Notes: a model not told the origin generated them from the letters alone. A stretch of 64,000 nt of DNA from Octopus bimaculoides (GCF_001194135.2 NC_068981.1:158289423-158353422); one strand, 5' to 3'; shown: positions 52,047 to 64,000, numbered from the stretch's first letter. A program made the numbers and translations.

Positions 52047-54054
52047 CTCCATATTTGTGGCTGGTGATTTCAATGGATATGTGGGACAGCATGCAGGGGG
52101 CTTCCATGGCGTACATGGAGGCTATGGCTTTGGTTCCCGCAATGAGGAGGGAACCAGACTGCTGGAGTTCTGTAATGCAAATGATCTTATGGTTTGCAAT
52201 ACCAACTTCAGGAAACCTGCCTGTCACCTAGTCACCTACTGTTCTGGCAGACACACTAGCCAAATTGACTATATCCTCGCCAGAAAAAGAGAAAGAGGAC
52301 TGCTTATAAATGCCAAAACCTTCCCACGCGAAGAATGTACCCCTCAACACAGATTAGTAGTTAGCGGCTTCGGGATCGGGGCTAAATGGATGCCCAGAAG
52401 TAGACTAGCTTGGAGGAGAAGGGTCTGGAAGCTTAAAGATCCTGCAAATGGACAGAAATTTTGAGATGTGTTACTTGAAGCCTTCGACGAAATAGAAGAG
52501 GATATCGCATCACATAATGTGGAAGACAATTGGAGGTTTCTATAGGACCACCTGCTGAGGGCCACTGACCAGATCTGTGGATGGTGTAAAGTCCTCTCTC
52601 GACCCAAAGTAACGTGTTGTTGACAGGGATACTAGACAAAAGAAACGTGCTTGGAAGAATGGAGGTAGCAAGGAATTGTATCAGACTGCCAGAAGGGAAG
52701 CTAGGAGACAGGTTTATTTAGCCAGAGGGGAAGCAGATAAGAAAACATTTGTCAGTGTTCTGCACCATGAGGACCAAAGACTTGAAGTATTTCGTGTTGC
52801 AAGACAGTGTGTGAGAGAGAATTGTGATGTCGTAAGAGAGAAATGTGTCCGCATGGATGATGGCTCGCTTGCACTAAGCGAGGCTGCAAAGAGAGAGGTT
52901 TGGAGACGTCACTATGAAAGGTTGCTTAATAAAGAGAATGAATGGGAGAAAGAGAGTCTGCCTAATGTCAACCCAAACAGAGGGACCAGCTATCCTAATT
53001 GACAGTACCTTGGTAGATAAAGCAATCAAGAGTATGAAGACAGGGAAAGCCCCGGCCCATCAGGAATCACTGCAGAGATGCTCAAAATATCTGGTAGTCT
53101 CGGCTATAGCCTAGTCACCCGTATAGTTAACCAGGTGATACACGAAGGAGTCATACCCAATGACTGGTGTAGCAGCACCATAGTCAACTGCTACAAAGGT
53201 AAAGGTGACGCTTTAGATACAAAAAATTACAGTGGTATCAAGTTGTTGGACCAGGTAATGAAGGTCACGGAGAGGGTCAGCTTAGATGAGATGCAGTTTG
53301 GATTCGTTCCAGGGAAAAGCACCACTGATGCTATATTTCTGGTAAGACAGCTGCAGGAGAAATACCTAGCGAAAGATAAACCTCTGTATCTGGCTTTCGT
53401 TGACATGGAGAAAACCTTTGACAGGGTCTCCCGATCCCTTACTTGATGGTCAATGAGGAAACTAGGGATAGATGAATGGTTAGTGAGTACAGTGAAGAAT
53501 TCTAGGTAGAGGTAGGGGTCCACCAAGGTTCAGTCCCCATCCCCCTCCTATTTATCATAATCCTCCAGGCAATAATACAGGAATTCAAGACAGGCTGCCC
53601 CTGGGAGCTCCTCTATGCTGATGACCTTGCTCTAATTGCTGAGTCACTATCAGAACTAGAGGAGAAGTTTCAGGTGTGGAAGCAGGGACTAGAATCGAAG
53701 GGCCTTAGAGTCAACCTAGCTAAAACCAAAGTCCTAATAAGTAAAAAGGTAGACACACCACAAACCTCTTCAGGTAGATGGCCCTGCTCGATCTGTAGAA
53801 AAGGTGTAGGTAGAAACTCTATAAGATGTACCCAGTGTAAGCTATGGACACATAAGAGGTGCAGCAATATCAAAGGAAGGCTAACTAGGAAGATAGTTTT
53901 TGTATGTGGCAGATGTTCAGGAGCAATAAACACTGGAAATGTGCAGAGAACAACTTCTGCCACATTCCAGGGAGAACAACTAGAAGTAGTTGATAGCTTC
54001 TGTTACCTAGGTGACCAAGTCAATAGCAGGGAAGGGTGCGCTGAAAGTGCATAA
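52047..54054 (+). mobile_element. RTE LINE family 1, APE + RT copy truncated at the 3' side
   Basis: ORFs 52015-52464 (AGDFNG, NEEGTRLLEF, SQIDYIL), 52676-53002, 53078-53446 and 53674-54054, with frameshifts. YADD is at about 53614-53625. Confidence 0.95.
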
Positions 54055-54289
54055 CATATGAATTCCATAACATATGAGTGGGTGCTGTAAAATTCCTGGC
54101 TTTAAGGGTATTGCAAAGATCGGAGACCTAGTCTTCTGAGTTCTTTTACAGGGACTGAAGGACTGCTGCAATAAGTGTGTGACTCTGAGAGGGGCATATG
54201 TTGGATAAAATCACTATAAACAAATCATTTGTGTGGTTGTTCAGTAAAAAATTGTTGAACCCTCATACGTCGTCAAATTTTGGGAGAGT

Positions 54290-54449
54290 CCATCGTCGTC
54301 ATTTAACGTCCGCTGTCCATGCTAGCATGGGTTGGACGATTTGACTGAGGACTGGTGAAACCAGATGGCTACACCAGGCTCCAATTTGATTTGGCAGAGT
54401 TTCTACAGCTGGATGCCCTTCCTAACGCCAACCACTAGGAAGGGCATCC
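54290..54449 (-). mobile_element. Short RTE 3'-tail insertion with a fold-back at its 5' end
   Basis: The family 3' UTR ends in GGATGCCCTTCCTA-11 nt-TAGGAAGGGCATCC. Other tail-only copies at 125-300, 5360-5590, 6010-6160, 26195-26360, 36200-36355, 37060-37290, 48050-48240, 49390-49560 and 51785-51845. Confidence 0.8.
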
Positions 54450-54469
54450 ACACTGTCTTCAATCAATCG

Positions 54470-54622
54470 TGATTTATTTTGTAGCTTTGAGATTCTGATG
54501 ATATGCTTGTTTATTTGTAGAATGATATTGTAGGGTAGATGTGAGAGATCAGATCTGTCCTATTTGAACATAAAACAGGTAGAATATTTAGGTCACATAT
54601 GGCTGGTTTAAATGCTAAAGGG
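54470..54622. mobile_element. Partial copy of the same piggyBac-like MITE
   Basis: Ends ...aatgctaaaggg|TTAA (54623-54626). Confidence 0.75.
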
Positions 54623-55285
54623 TTAAGACGATAAAGTGTGATTTGATAGAGAGATTTTGTGTCTATTTTTAGCAGACTACGTGACCACATAGAGGCTTCA
54701 TTGGACACATAAGTTACATGTGGTCTTAACTGTAGCCATGAATTGTAACCCCTTAAGCTCTGTTGTTGTTTATCACTAGATCAGCCTCAGCTGAGCACAT
54801 CTATGATCAAAGACATCTTGTGTATGACCATTCCATCTTTAATTTATTTGTATCTGGAAATATGAAATACGATGTGGCTTTTCCTTTCTTTCACAATGTG
54901 ATTTGAATATTTGATAACTATGTCTAGCAGGTCAACAGCCTCACAGAGTTTCTCATAGTCTACTACAGTTATTGTCAATGTTGGCAGAGGTAGTTGGCTA
55001 CAATATTAGAGGTAGTGGTAGTAATGTTATTGTAAATTTAAAATGTTTGGTGGCTGATTGATGCAACTGAGTTCACAGTCATAGTGTATATGCCTTAACC
55101 AAACAAGTTTTCCAGGTGGAAAGGGTGGGGTGATATTGCTAAAAGTAAATGGGTCAGTCTTTATTCATGTAGTATTATAAACACATAAACTATAAATGGA
55201 AACATTAACTTTTCAAAATCATCTGTTGCTTTGCATGTGGTAGGGGAGGTATATGAGATAGATAAATAGACAGAGAGAGAGAGAA

Positions 55286-55316
<31 letters not shown>

Positions 55317-56548
55317 GAGGGAATGTATGTATGTGAGTGTGTGTGTATGAGTGCACTTGCAAGGCTGTGTTACTGACAAACAGCAGGGCAATGATGGCCC
55401 AACAATATTCAGGCTTGCCCTCATTGGCTATAAATATATTTGAATGCTTCAGTGTATAAAAGCAGAGTGGTTATTGAATCTATTCCCTTCAACAGAAATA
55501 TGGTAAGCCAGCCCGAAGCCAGTGATTGAACCTCTACATGAAATGGTAGCTAAATTTTCCTCAAACCACATCATACTGCTTTTGAAAACAAAAAGATATT
55601 GGATAATGGGTTTCTGGGTGTACTGTGCCAAGGAGGAAGATGAGATGTTCACATCTGAAATACTTTTTATCATACATAGGTCAGTTTGATTTAGAGCTGA
55701 CTCGGAGTTAAGTAACATCAATAACCTAAGACTTCTGCCCCACCATACAACTATGAATTAGCAGTCAGACAAAAAAATATACATCAAATGGAGAGGCTTG
55801 TATAATTGTTAGAACTGCCAGAAATAGAAGCTAAAAAAAAAAAAAAAATAAGGATAGCCACAGCAGAAGAGTGTTTGGCCAAAGTTCTACATGTTCACTT
55901 CACAGCTGATTAATAGTTAAACAATAATAGCAACGGTTGCTACCAATGACAGCAGCAGCGGTGCAGTGGTGACAGCAGCATCTTCACCATCTCTGCCACT
56001 ATCGTGAAAAATGATCTAAAGGACAATTTATCAAGATTGCAGAAATACTTGTCTATTTGTTGCTTGCTTTAAGAGTCGCTTAGAAATAGATGATGTACAG
56101 AGACNNNNNNNNNNNNNNNNNNNNNNNNNNNNNNNNNNNNNNNNNNNNNNNNNNNNNNNNNNNNNNNNNNNNNNNNNNNNNNNNNNNNNNNNNNNNNNNN
56201 NNNNNNNNNNNNNNNNNNNNNNNNNNNNNNNNNNNNNNNNNNNNNNNNNNNNNNNNNNNNNNNNNNNNNNNNNNNNNNNNNNNNNNNNNNNNNNNNNNNN
56301 NNNNNNNNNNNNNNNNNNNNNNNNNNNNNNNNNNNNNNNNNNNNNNNNNNNNNNNNNNNNNNNNNNNNNNNNNNNNNNNNNNNNNNNNNNNNNNNNNNNN
56401 NNNNNNNNNNNNNNNNNNNNNNNNNNNNNNNNNNNNNNNNNNNNNNNNNNNNNNNNNNNNNNNNNNNNNNNNNNNNNNNNNNNNNNNNNNNNNNNNNACT
56501 CTCGGACCTTGAGTCACTCTGTCACTTCCGCTTAATATTTATATATTC

Positions 56549-56604
<56 letters not shown>

Positions 56605-56995
56605 TTTACTTGTTTAAAATAGTAGACTGCGGCCATGCTGGGGCACCGCCTTGAAGAATTTTTAGTCAAATGAATCAAACCCAGTACTTTTTGCTTTTAA
56701 GCCTAGTACTTACTCTATTGTTCTCTTTTGTTGAACTGCTAAGTTACAGGGACATAAACACACTAACACCAATTGTCAAGCAGTGGAGCAGAGGGGACAG
56801 ACACAAAGACACACACACACACATATATATATACACACATATATATACACAATAAGCTTCTTCTATATTCTGTTTACCCAGTCCATTCATGAGGCTTTGG
56901 TCAGCCTAAGGCAACAGAAGACATTTGCTCAAGGTGCCACAGTGGGACTGAACCCAAGACCATGTAATTGGGAAGCAAACTTCTTACCACACAAC
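56605..56995 (-). mobile_element. SINE family A
   Basis: Tail tcttttacttgttt, internal (CA/TA)n, head ending ...cttcttaccacaca. Confidence 0.82.
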
Positions 56996-57004
56996 CTCAT
57001 CTGC

Positions 57005-58570
57005 ATCATCATCATCATCATCATCGTTTAACGTCCGCTTTCCATGCTAGCATGGGTTGGACGATTTGACTGAGGACTGGTGAAACCGGATGGCAACACC
57101 AGGCTCCAGTCTGATTTGGCAGAGTTTCTACAGCTGGATGCCCTTCCTAACGCCAACCACTCAGAGAGTGTAGTGGGTGCTTTTACGTGTCACCCGCACG
57201 AAAACGGCCACGCTCGAAATGGTGTCTTTTATGTGCCACCCNNNNNNNNNNNNNNNNNNNNNNNNNNNNNNNNNNNNNNNNNNNNNNNNNNNNNNNNNNN
57301 NNNNNNNNNNNNNNNNNNNNNNNNNNNNNNNNNNNNNNNNNNNNNNNNNNNNNNNNNNNNNNNNNNNNNNNNNNNNNNNNNNNNNNNNNNNNNNNNNNNN
57401 NNNNNNNNNNNNNNNNNNNNNNNNNNNNNNNNNNNNNNNNNNNNNNNNNNNNNNNNNNNNNNNNNNNNNNNNNNNNNNNNNNNNNNNNNNNNNNNNNNNN
57501 NNNNNNNNNNNNNNNNNNNNNNNNNNNNNNNNNNNNNNNNNNNNNNNNNNNNNNNNNNNNNNNNNNNNNNNNNNNNNNNNNNNNNNNNNNNNNNNNNNNN
57601 NNNNNNNNNNNNNNNNNNNNNNNNNNNNNNNNNNNNNNNNNNNNNNNNNNNNNNNNNNNNNNNNNNNNNNNNNNNNNNNNNNNNNNNNNNNNNNNNNNNN
57701 NNNNNNNNNNNNNNNNNNNNNNNNNNNNNNNNNNNNNNNNNNNNNNNNNNNNNNNNNNNNNNNNNNNNNNNNNNNNNNNNNNNNNNNNNNNNNNNNNNNN
57801 NNNNNNNNNNNNNNNNNNNNNNNNNNNNNNNNNNNNNNNNNNNNNNNNNNNNNNNNNNNNNNNNNNNNNNNNNNNNNNNNNNNNNNNNNNNNNNNNNNNN
57901 NNNNNNNNNNNNNNNNNNNNNNNNNNNNNNNNNNNNNNNNNNNNNNNNNNNNNNNNNNNNNNNNNNNNNNNNNNNNNNNNNNNNNNNNNNNNNNNNNNNN
58001 NNNNNNNNNNNNNNNNNNNNNNNNNNNNNNNNNNNNNNNNNNNNNNNNNNNNNNNNNNNNNNNNNNNNNNNNNNNNNNNNNNNNNNNNNNNNNNNNNNNN
58101 NNNNNNNNNNNNNNNNNNNNNNNNNNNNNNNNNNNNNNNNNNNNNNNNNNNNNNNNNNNNNNNNNNNNNNNNNNNNNNNNNNNNNNNNNNNNNNNNNNNN
58201 NNTTTATCTACCTTCCTACTTATTAGGATTTTGGTTTTAGCTAGGTTGACTCTAAGGCCCTTCAATTCTAGACCTTGCTTCCACACCTGAAACTTCTCCT
58301 CTAGTTCTGATAGTGACTCCGCAATTAGGGCAAGGTCATCAGCATAGAGGAGCTCCCAGGGGCAACCTGTCTTGAACTCCTCTGTGATTGCCTGGAGGAC
58401 TATGGTAAATAATAGGGGGCTGAGGACGGAACCTTGGTGGACCCCTACCTCTACCCGGAATTCATTGCTGTACTCATTTCCAACCCTCACCTTACTGGCC
58501 GCATCTCTGTACATGGCTCGCACAGCTCTCACTAGCCATTCTTCTATCCCAAGTTTCCTCATTGACCACC
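57005..58570 (-). mobile_element. RTE LINE family 1 copy spanning an assembly gap
   Basis: RT peptide GVHQGSVLSPLLF...LLYADDLALIAES at 58203-58570, and the family 3' UTR/(GAT)n tail at 57005-57241. The spacing agrees with the copy at 18-20 kb. Confidence 0.88.
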
Positions 58571-58619
58571 AGATATATATGCATCTATATATAAAACAAT
58601 ACATATAAAAAAATATATA

Positions 58620-58880
58620 TCATCATCATCATCATCATCTAGTGTCCATTTGTCTATGCTTCCTGGGTCTACCTCTACCGCAGATTCCCTCCACAGTTAG
58701 AGATTGGCACTTCTTTACACAGCTGTCCATGTAAATGTGCATCACATGACCATACCAGTGCAGTTGTCTCTCTTGCCTAACTTTTCTCCCAAGATGCTTA
58801 CACTCTGTCAAACATGCACACTGACATTGCACATCCAGCGAAGCATACTGGCTTCATTTCTTTCAAGCCTAAACATGTTC
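58620..58880 (-). mobile_element. RTE family 1 C-terminal fragment
   Basis: RQLHWYGHVMH...SCVKKC...GICGRGRPRK. Confidence 0.85.
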
Positions 58881-59479
58881 TCGGCTAAAGAATAATGCTT
58901 TATGTTTTTTTAATGACTTCTTCATTTGTAATTTTCTTTACAATGTATTTTAACCTCTGTTAACATGCATATGTGGTGAATGTTATAGTTTATTTAGGAG
59001 AAAGGAAATATATGATATTCATAGATTGCTGGAAACCTACAGGGAATCAAATTGTTCCAACCTGGACAAGAAACCAGATGGATTTACTCTTTTCTTTTCA
59101 GATGTAACTTTTTCTATTATTATTTCACTTTCTCTTCCTCTCTTCCCAATGCCTGTGTATCTGTTCCTTCTTTCTTTCACTCCAACCTTTCTATGTATGT
59201 CATTATTTTTTGTGTTATATCATCTAAAAGAAACTTGAAATATATACGTGGTGATAAATTTTTCAATTCCTAGTGTCATGTTCAGTTACTGACAGGTAAA
59301 AAATTCAATGTATAGTATAGATGTTTCTGGGCTTTTTTCTAACCACTATAAATAGCTTTGTTTACATTTTGAAAATATGTCCTCTAAGTGACCAACAGGA
59401 GTTGTCAATTTGAATCCAGTCTTTTTGATGGCCTGCCTAACCAGTTAGGTATGTGTTGATTTCGTACTACAGCTCACCA

Positions 59480-61430
59480 CACCATGTCTAATGGAATCAT
59501 AGATGATTTTCACTAACAGCAGAACTGGAGAAGAATAACACTACTCTCTTTAAAGCCATGGAGCATGTCATCATTGAGAGAATACAGAGAGGAGTAGATC
59601 AGGCACTCAGGAAAGAGCAGGATGGATTGTACAAAAAAAAAAAAAAGCACAACCAAGCAAATATTCATCCCCAGAAATATTTTAGAGTAAGTCTAGGAGT
59701 GGAGAGCAACATCGTATGTTCACTTCATTGATTTGAAAACGTCTTTGGCTTAGTCCACCACAAAGGATTGTGGAAAGTAATGAGACCAGATGGCATTCCT
59801 GATAAGCTGACAAGAATGGTGTAGGTCATGTACAATGACTTAGAGTGCACAGTAATGGACAGATTGGGCCTAGACAAGATGGTTTAAGGTTACAACTGAA
59901 GTCAAGCAGGGATGTGTTATGTTAGGTTTCCTGTTTCTCATGGCAACAGACTGGATCATGTAAAGAACAACAGAAAAGCATATGAACGGCATTGGATGGA
60001 ACCTTACAAGTACATTCAAACATCTCAACTCCACGGATGATGTAGTGCTGCTAGCATCCCCCTACAAGCACATCCAGAGCAAGGCACACAGACTAGCAGA
60101 GAACGCTAATGGAATTGGCCTTAAACTCAATCCAGAAAAATGTAAAACAGTAAGGAAAATTGCCAAAGAACAACATCGTGTGAAAATCAGCAACAACAAG
60201 TTGAAAGACATCAAAGAAGTTTTTTTACTTTGGGGCAATAGTCAAGAAAGATGGAGGAGTAAAGGAGAATATAAAGAACAGAATATCCAAATTCTGGAGA
60301 ACATTCTTCGGATCTTTTTTAAAACGGGGGCCACATTTTTCATTAATGTTTTACGTAGTGTTTTTGGTACCGAAAGACTTTCNNNNNNNNNNNNNNNNNN
60401 NNNNNNNNNNNNNNNNNNNNNNNNNNNNNNNNNNNNNNNNNNNNNNNNNNNNNNNNNNNNNNNNNNNNNNNNNNNNNNNNNNNNNNNNNNNNNNNNNNNN
60501 NNNNNNNNNNNNNNNNNNNNNNNNNNNNNNNNNNNNNNNNNNNNNNNNNNNNNNNNNNNNNNNNNNNNNNNNNNNCCATACCTTCGTTTTATTTGCTTTT
60601 TTCATTTTAAATTTGCTTTAACCCTAACCCTAACCCTAGGGTTAGGGTTAGGGTTAGAGTTAGGGTTAGGGTTAATTGTTTCAGAATCGTTTGTTTATGT
60701 AGTCGGCACTTAATGTATATCGGCTGAATGGACGTCAGTGATTGGTTGAAATTACAGAAATACGACAACTTTAACATGGAATAATTTATGGATTTCTTTT
60801 TTTTTTAAGAAGACTAAGAGAAAAAGATGTTTTATATGACACATTCTACCAGTGTTCCAATTTTCAAAGTGTTTCGTTAATGAAAAATGTGGCCCCCGTT
60901 TTAAAAAAGATCCCATTCTTCTAACAAGGGTATAAAGAAGCAAAGGTATAGACTGCAAAATGAAGCTGAAGCTGTTCAAGACATTGATCTGACCAGTGTG
61001 ACTTAACAGACGTGAAAACTGGAAGGTTAAAAAAATGAAAGAAAAAACAATGGATAGCTTCCATTTCAAGCGCTTAAGGAGAATACTCAATATCAAATGT
61101 CTTCAAAGAGTCCGAAATGGCACAACTGAGATGAAAACGGCCAACAACAGAATCAGTGATGAAATAAGATATAGATGCTGGGACCAGATTAAACATATTC
61201 TCAGACAAGATCGAGAAAGTGATTGTATTGTGGCACTAAAGTGGAAGCCTGAGAAGAAAAGAGCAGCAGAGTGTCCTAAAACCACATGGCGAAGGACAAC
61301 TGACAAAGAAAGGAGACGAGAAGGGTGGAGAAGCTGGAATGAGACCAGAACAGTGGCAGGAAACAGAGCTTGTAGGAGAGATTATGTCGCAGCCTTATGT
61401 GCCTCATGACATGGAGAGAACTAACTAACT
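59480..61430 (+). mobile_element. RTE-clade LINE family 2, decayed, interrupted by a MITE
   Basis: Remnants of FID.E...F, GIPDKL.RMV, VKQGCVM, NGIGWNLT...DDVVLLA...GLKLN. After the MITE: KMKLKLFKTL, FHFKRLRRILNIK, WKPEKKR...PKTTWRRT. Confidence 0.85.
60310..60913. mobile_element. Non-autonomous DNA transposon (MITE), GG...CC termini, 8-bp TSD (Merlin-like by termini)
   Basis: Perfect 37-bp TIRs GGATCTTTTTTAAAACGGGGGCCACATTTTTCATTAA (60310-60346 and 60877-60913). TSD CATTCTTC at 60302-60309 and 60914-60921. Removing the element rejoins the LINE. The superfamily call is inference. Confidence 0.9.
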
Positions 61431-61446
61431 AAAGTATATGTCTAAG

Positions 61447-61805
61447 CATGGCTGTGTGATAAGATATTCACTTCCCCACCACGTGGTTCCAGGTTCAGTC
61501 CCATAGTGTGACACTTTGGACAAGTGTCTTCTACTGTAGTCTTGGGCCAATGAAAGCCTTGTGAGTGGAGTTGGTCGATGGAAACTGAAAGAAGCCTGTC
61601 ATATATATAGATGTGCGTGTGTGTTTGTCCTCTATCACGGTGATGGTATATTTATGTTCCTGTAACTTAGTGGTTTGGCAAAAGAAAATGATAGAATAAG
61701 TACCAATCTTAAAAAAAACATAGTGAGGTCGATTCATTTGACTGGAATTCTTCAAGGTGGTTTCCCGGCATGGCTGCAGTCTACTGACTGAGACAAGTAA
61801 AAGAT
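61447..61805 (+). mobile_element. SINE family A
   Basis: gcatggctgtgtgataag...ggttcagtccc...actgagacaagtaaaagata. Confidence 0.82.
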
Positions 61806-61819
61806 AATTATATATAATA

Positions 61820-62990
61820 CTAGCAGAAATACCAGGCGTTGCCCGGGTTAAAGAGAATAATGAAATCTAAAAACGCCGTCTAGACTACGCATCATCTTTA
61901 TATATAGAGATGTATATACACACACGCACCCAAACACACGTATATATATGTATATCAATATAAATATATGAAAGTCAATGAAGTTTCGTAAAAGAAGGTG
62001 ATCATGTACATACTTTCTTGCTGTTGTGATTATAACACCTCATTGTAAACTATGTTCCTTGTTTTCCCTTGTAGAGCATATACAAATAGGTTTTTTGTTG
62101 CTGCCCACTCNNNNNNNNNNNNNNNNNNNNNNNNNNNNNNNNNNNNNNNNNNNNNNNNNNNNNNNNNNNNNNNNNNNNNNNNNNNNNNNNNNNNNNNNNN
62201 NNNNNNNNNNNNNNNNNNNNNNNNNNNNNNNNNNNNNNNNNNNNNNNNNNNNNNNNNNNNNNNNNNNNNNNNNNNNNNNNNNNNNNNNNNNNNNNNNNNN
62301 NNNNNNNNNNNNNNNNNNNNNNNNNNNNNNNNNNNNNNNNNNNNNNNNNNNNNNNNNNNNNNNNNNNNNNNNNNNNNNNNNNNNNNNNNNNNNNNNNNNN
62401 NNNNNNNNNNNNNNNNNNNNNNNNNNNNNNNNNNNNNNNNNNNNNNNNNNNNNNNNNNNNNNNNNNNNNNNNNNNNNNNNNNNNNNNNNNNNNNNNNNNN
62501 NNNNNNNNNNNNNNNNNNNNNNNNNNNNNNNNNNNNNNNNNNNNNNNNNNNNNNNNNNNNNNNNNNNNNNNNNNNNNNNNNNNNNNNNNNNNNNNNNNNN
62601 NNNNNNNNNNNNNNNNNNNNNNNNNNNNNNNNNNNNNNNNNNNNNNNNNNNNNNNNACATCTCTCTCTCTCTCTCTCTTTCTCTCTCTGTGAAAGTATCT
62701 GTCACTACAGTATCGAAATGTGATTGTTTCAGTTAGTGGAATAGTTTCATTTTTAAAGTGAAAGTATTTGACATGAGTGTTTTCGTTTCACTTTTGACAC
62801 GTAATACTTAAATAGTGGAGGAGATATTATGTTGCCGTGTGCTCGAACTCTGCAAGAAGTTAATAATTTTTTTTGACTAAAACACAAGGCATGTGTAAAA
62901 TTTGAATGAAATTGGTTGCGTAGTTCTCGAGTTTTAGGGATTCACAAAGACAGACAGACAGACACACATTCTCATTTTTATATATATAGA
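61820..62990 (-). mobile_element. Helitron, internally deleted, spanning a gap
   Basis: 5' end A|TCTATATATATAAAAATGAGAATG at 62990. Helicase C-terminus (R)VGSNK/NLFVYALQGKTRNIVYNEVL* at 62110-62030, with one frameshift in an A-run. 3' hairpin CCCGGGCAACGCCTGG followed by CTAG|T at 61820. Confidence 0.85.
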
Positions 62991-63029
62991 TATATATAAG
63001 AATAGGATTGAGAAAATTCAAAGAGCTTT

Positions 63030-63660
63030 TACCTTTGTTGACAACCAAAGGTCTCTCCCTCCAAGTGAAAGGAAGATTCTATGATGCATGTATACAAACA
63101 ACAATGCTATGTGGTAGTGAGACATGAGCCCTGAATACAAAAGACATGTGAACTAGAGAGGAATGAAATTAGTATGCTAGTCAGTGTACATGTGCAACAG
63201 AGCACTAGTGAAATGAAAGAGAAGTTGGGCATATGAGAAATTAGATGCAGTGTGCAAGAGAGAAGACTGTACTGGTTTGGTCATGTGATGCATGTGGGTG
63301 TAGACTGTCTCATACAGAAGTGCTGATCACTCAAAGTGGATGGAATTTGTGGAAGAGGGAGGCCCATCAGACATGGGATGAAATACTGTAGGCCCATCTC
63401 AAGATACTGAGCCTTATGAATGAGATGACAAAGGACCAAGATATCTGTATTCAAGAAGACCCATCCATCACAACAGAATTGATACCAGTACTGGTGCCAC
63501 TTAAAAAGCACCCTGTACATTCTGTGGAGTGGTTGGCATTAGGAAGGACATCCAGTTATAGAAAGCATGCCAGAATAAACAATACAGTCTGGTGTGCCTC
63601 TGGCCTTACCAGATCCAGTCCAACTGTCCAACCCATGCATAGAAAACAGATAATGATGAT
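63030..63660 (+). mobile_element. Decayed RTE family 1 3' fragment with tail
   Basis: Remnants of ERRLYWFGHVMH and GICGRGRP, then a 3' UTR ending in (GAT)n. Confidence 0.8.
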
Positions 63661-63661
63661 G

Positions 63662-64000
63662 ATGATGATGATCATCATCATCATCGTTTAACGTCCGCTT
63701 TCCATGCTAGCATGGGTTGGACGATTTGACTGAGGACTGGTGAAACCGGATGGCAACACCAGGCTCCAATCTAAATTTGGCAGAGTTTCTACAGCTGGAT
63801 GCCCTTCCTAACGCCAACCACTCAGAGAGTGTAGTAGGTGCTTTTACGTGTCACCTGCACGAAGGCCAGTCAGGCGATACTGGCAACGGCCACGCTCGAA
63901 ATGGTGTCTTTTATGTGCCACCCGCACAAGCCAGTCCAGGGGCACTGGCAACGATCTCGCTCGAAAATCCTACGGAAGCCAGTTAGGCGGTACTGGCAAT
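63662..64000 (-). mobile_element. Young RTE family 1 3' UTR (runs off the window end)
   Basis: (ATC)n-cgtttaacgtccgctttccatgctagcatgggttggacg..., nearly identical to 57005-57241. Confidence 0.9.

Noticed and set aside
60619-60674. Ancient telomere-telomere fusion site
   Set aside because: The orientation is CCCTAA then TTAGGG (opposite to a fusion), and the tract lies inside a TIR/TSD-bounded element.
61820-61910. Independent 91-bp mini-Helitron
   Set aside because: The TC-TATATA start at 61910 can be part of a microsatellite, and the helicase tail at 62030-62110 needs this same 3' end, so it was merged into one element.
4763-62736. Long ORFs containing X runs
   Set aside because: These are artefacts of N gaps (4792-5175, 13457-14141, 45241-45484, 49919-50015, 56105-56497, 57242-58202, 60383-60575, 62111-62656). 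Only the flanking peptides were used.
1425-63691. Numerous 60-130 aa ORFs rich in YI/CV/HT/ER/SL dipeptides or antisense to LINEs
   Set aside because: They are translations of microsatellites, SINEs or LINE antisense strands.

Overview
AT-rich, repeat-dominated eukaryotic genomic DNA with ten N gaps. The SINE/LINE families and dense microsatellites look like an octopod cephalopod genome (inference from memory, not verified). Two host genes face each other tail to tail. One is a BTB-BACK-Kelch (KLHL-family) gene on + whose visible CDS is a single exon (6324-8048). The other is a spliced NOPCHAP1/C12orf45 (DUF4598) homolog on -, with two clear exons (38593-38469 and 33804-33628); its 5' exons were not confidently found. 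The rest is mostly transposon-derived: many copies of an RTE LINE that carries a PHD-type C4HC3 finger inside its reverse transcriptase, a second RTE family, a HERO-like RLE LINE, a CR1-group fragment, DD37D-like Tc1/mariner, Tigger/pogo, ISL2EU-like (SAP+SWIM), Helitron and piggyBac-like elements, a GG-ended MITE with an 8-bp TSD and a central inverted telomere-repeat palindrome, and several tRNA-derived SINE families, including a 10-copy head-to-tail SINE pile-up. I found no convincing wholly new gene system. The best leads are unusual transposon architectures and the NOPCHAP1 exon structure that the ORF track hides. Repeat boundaries are read by eye and approximate unless TIR/TSD positions are stated.
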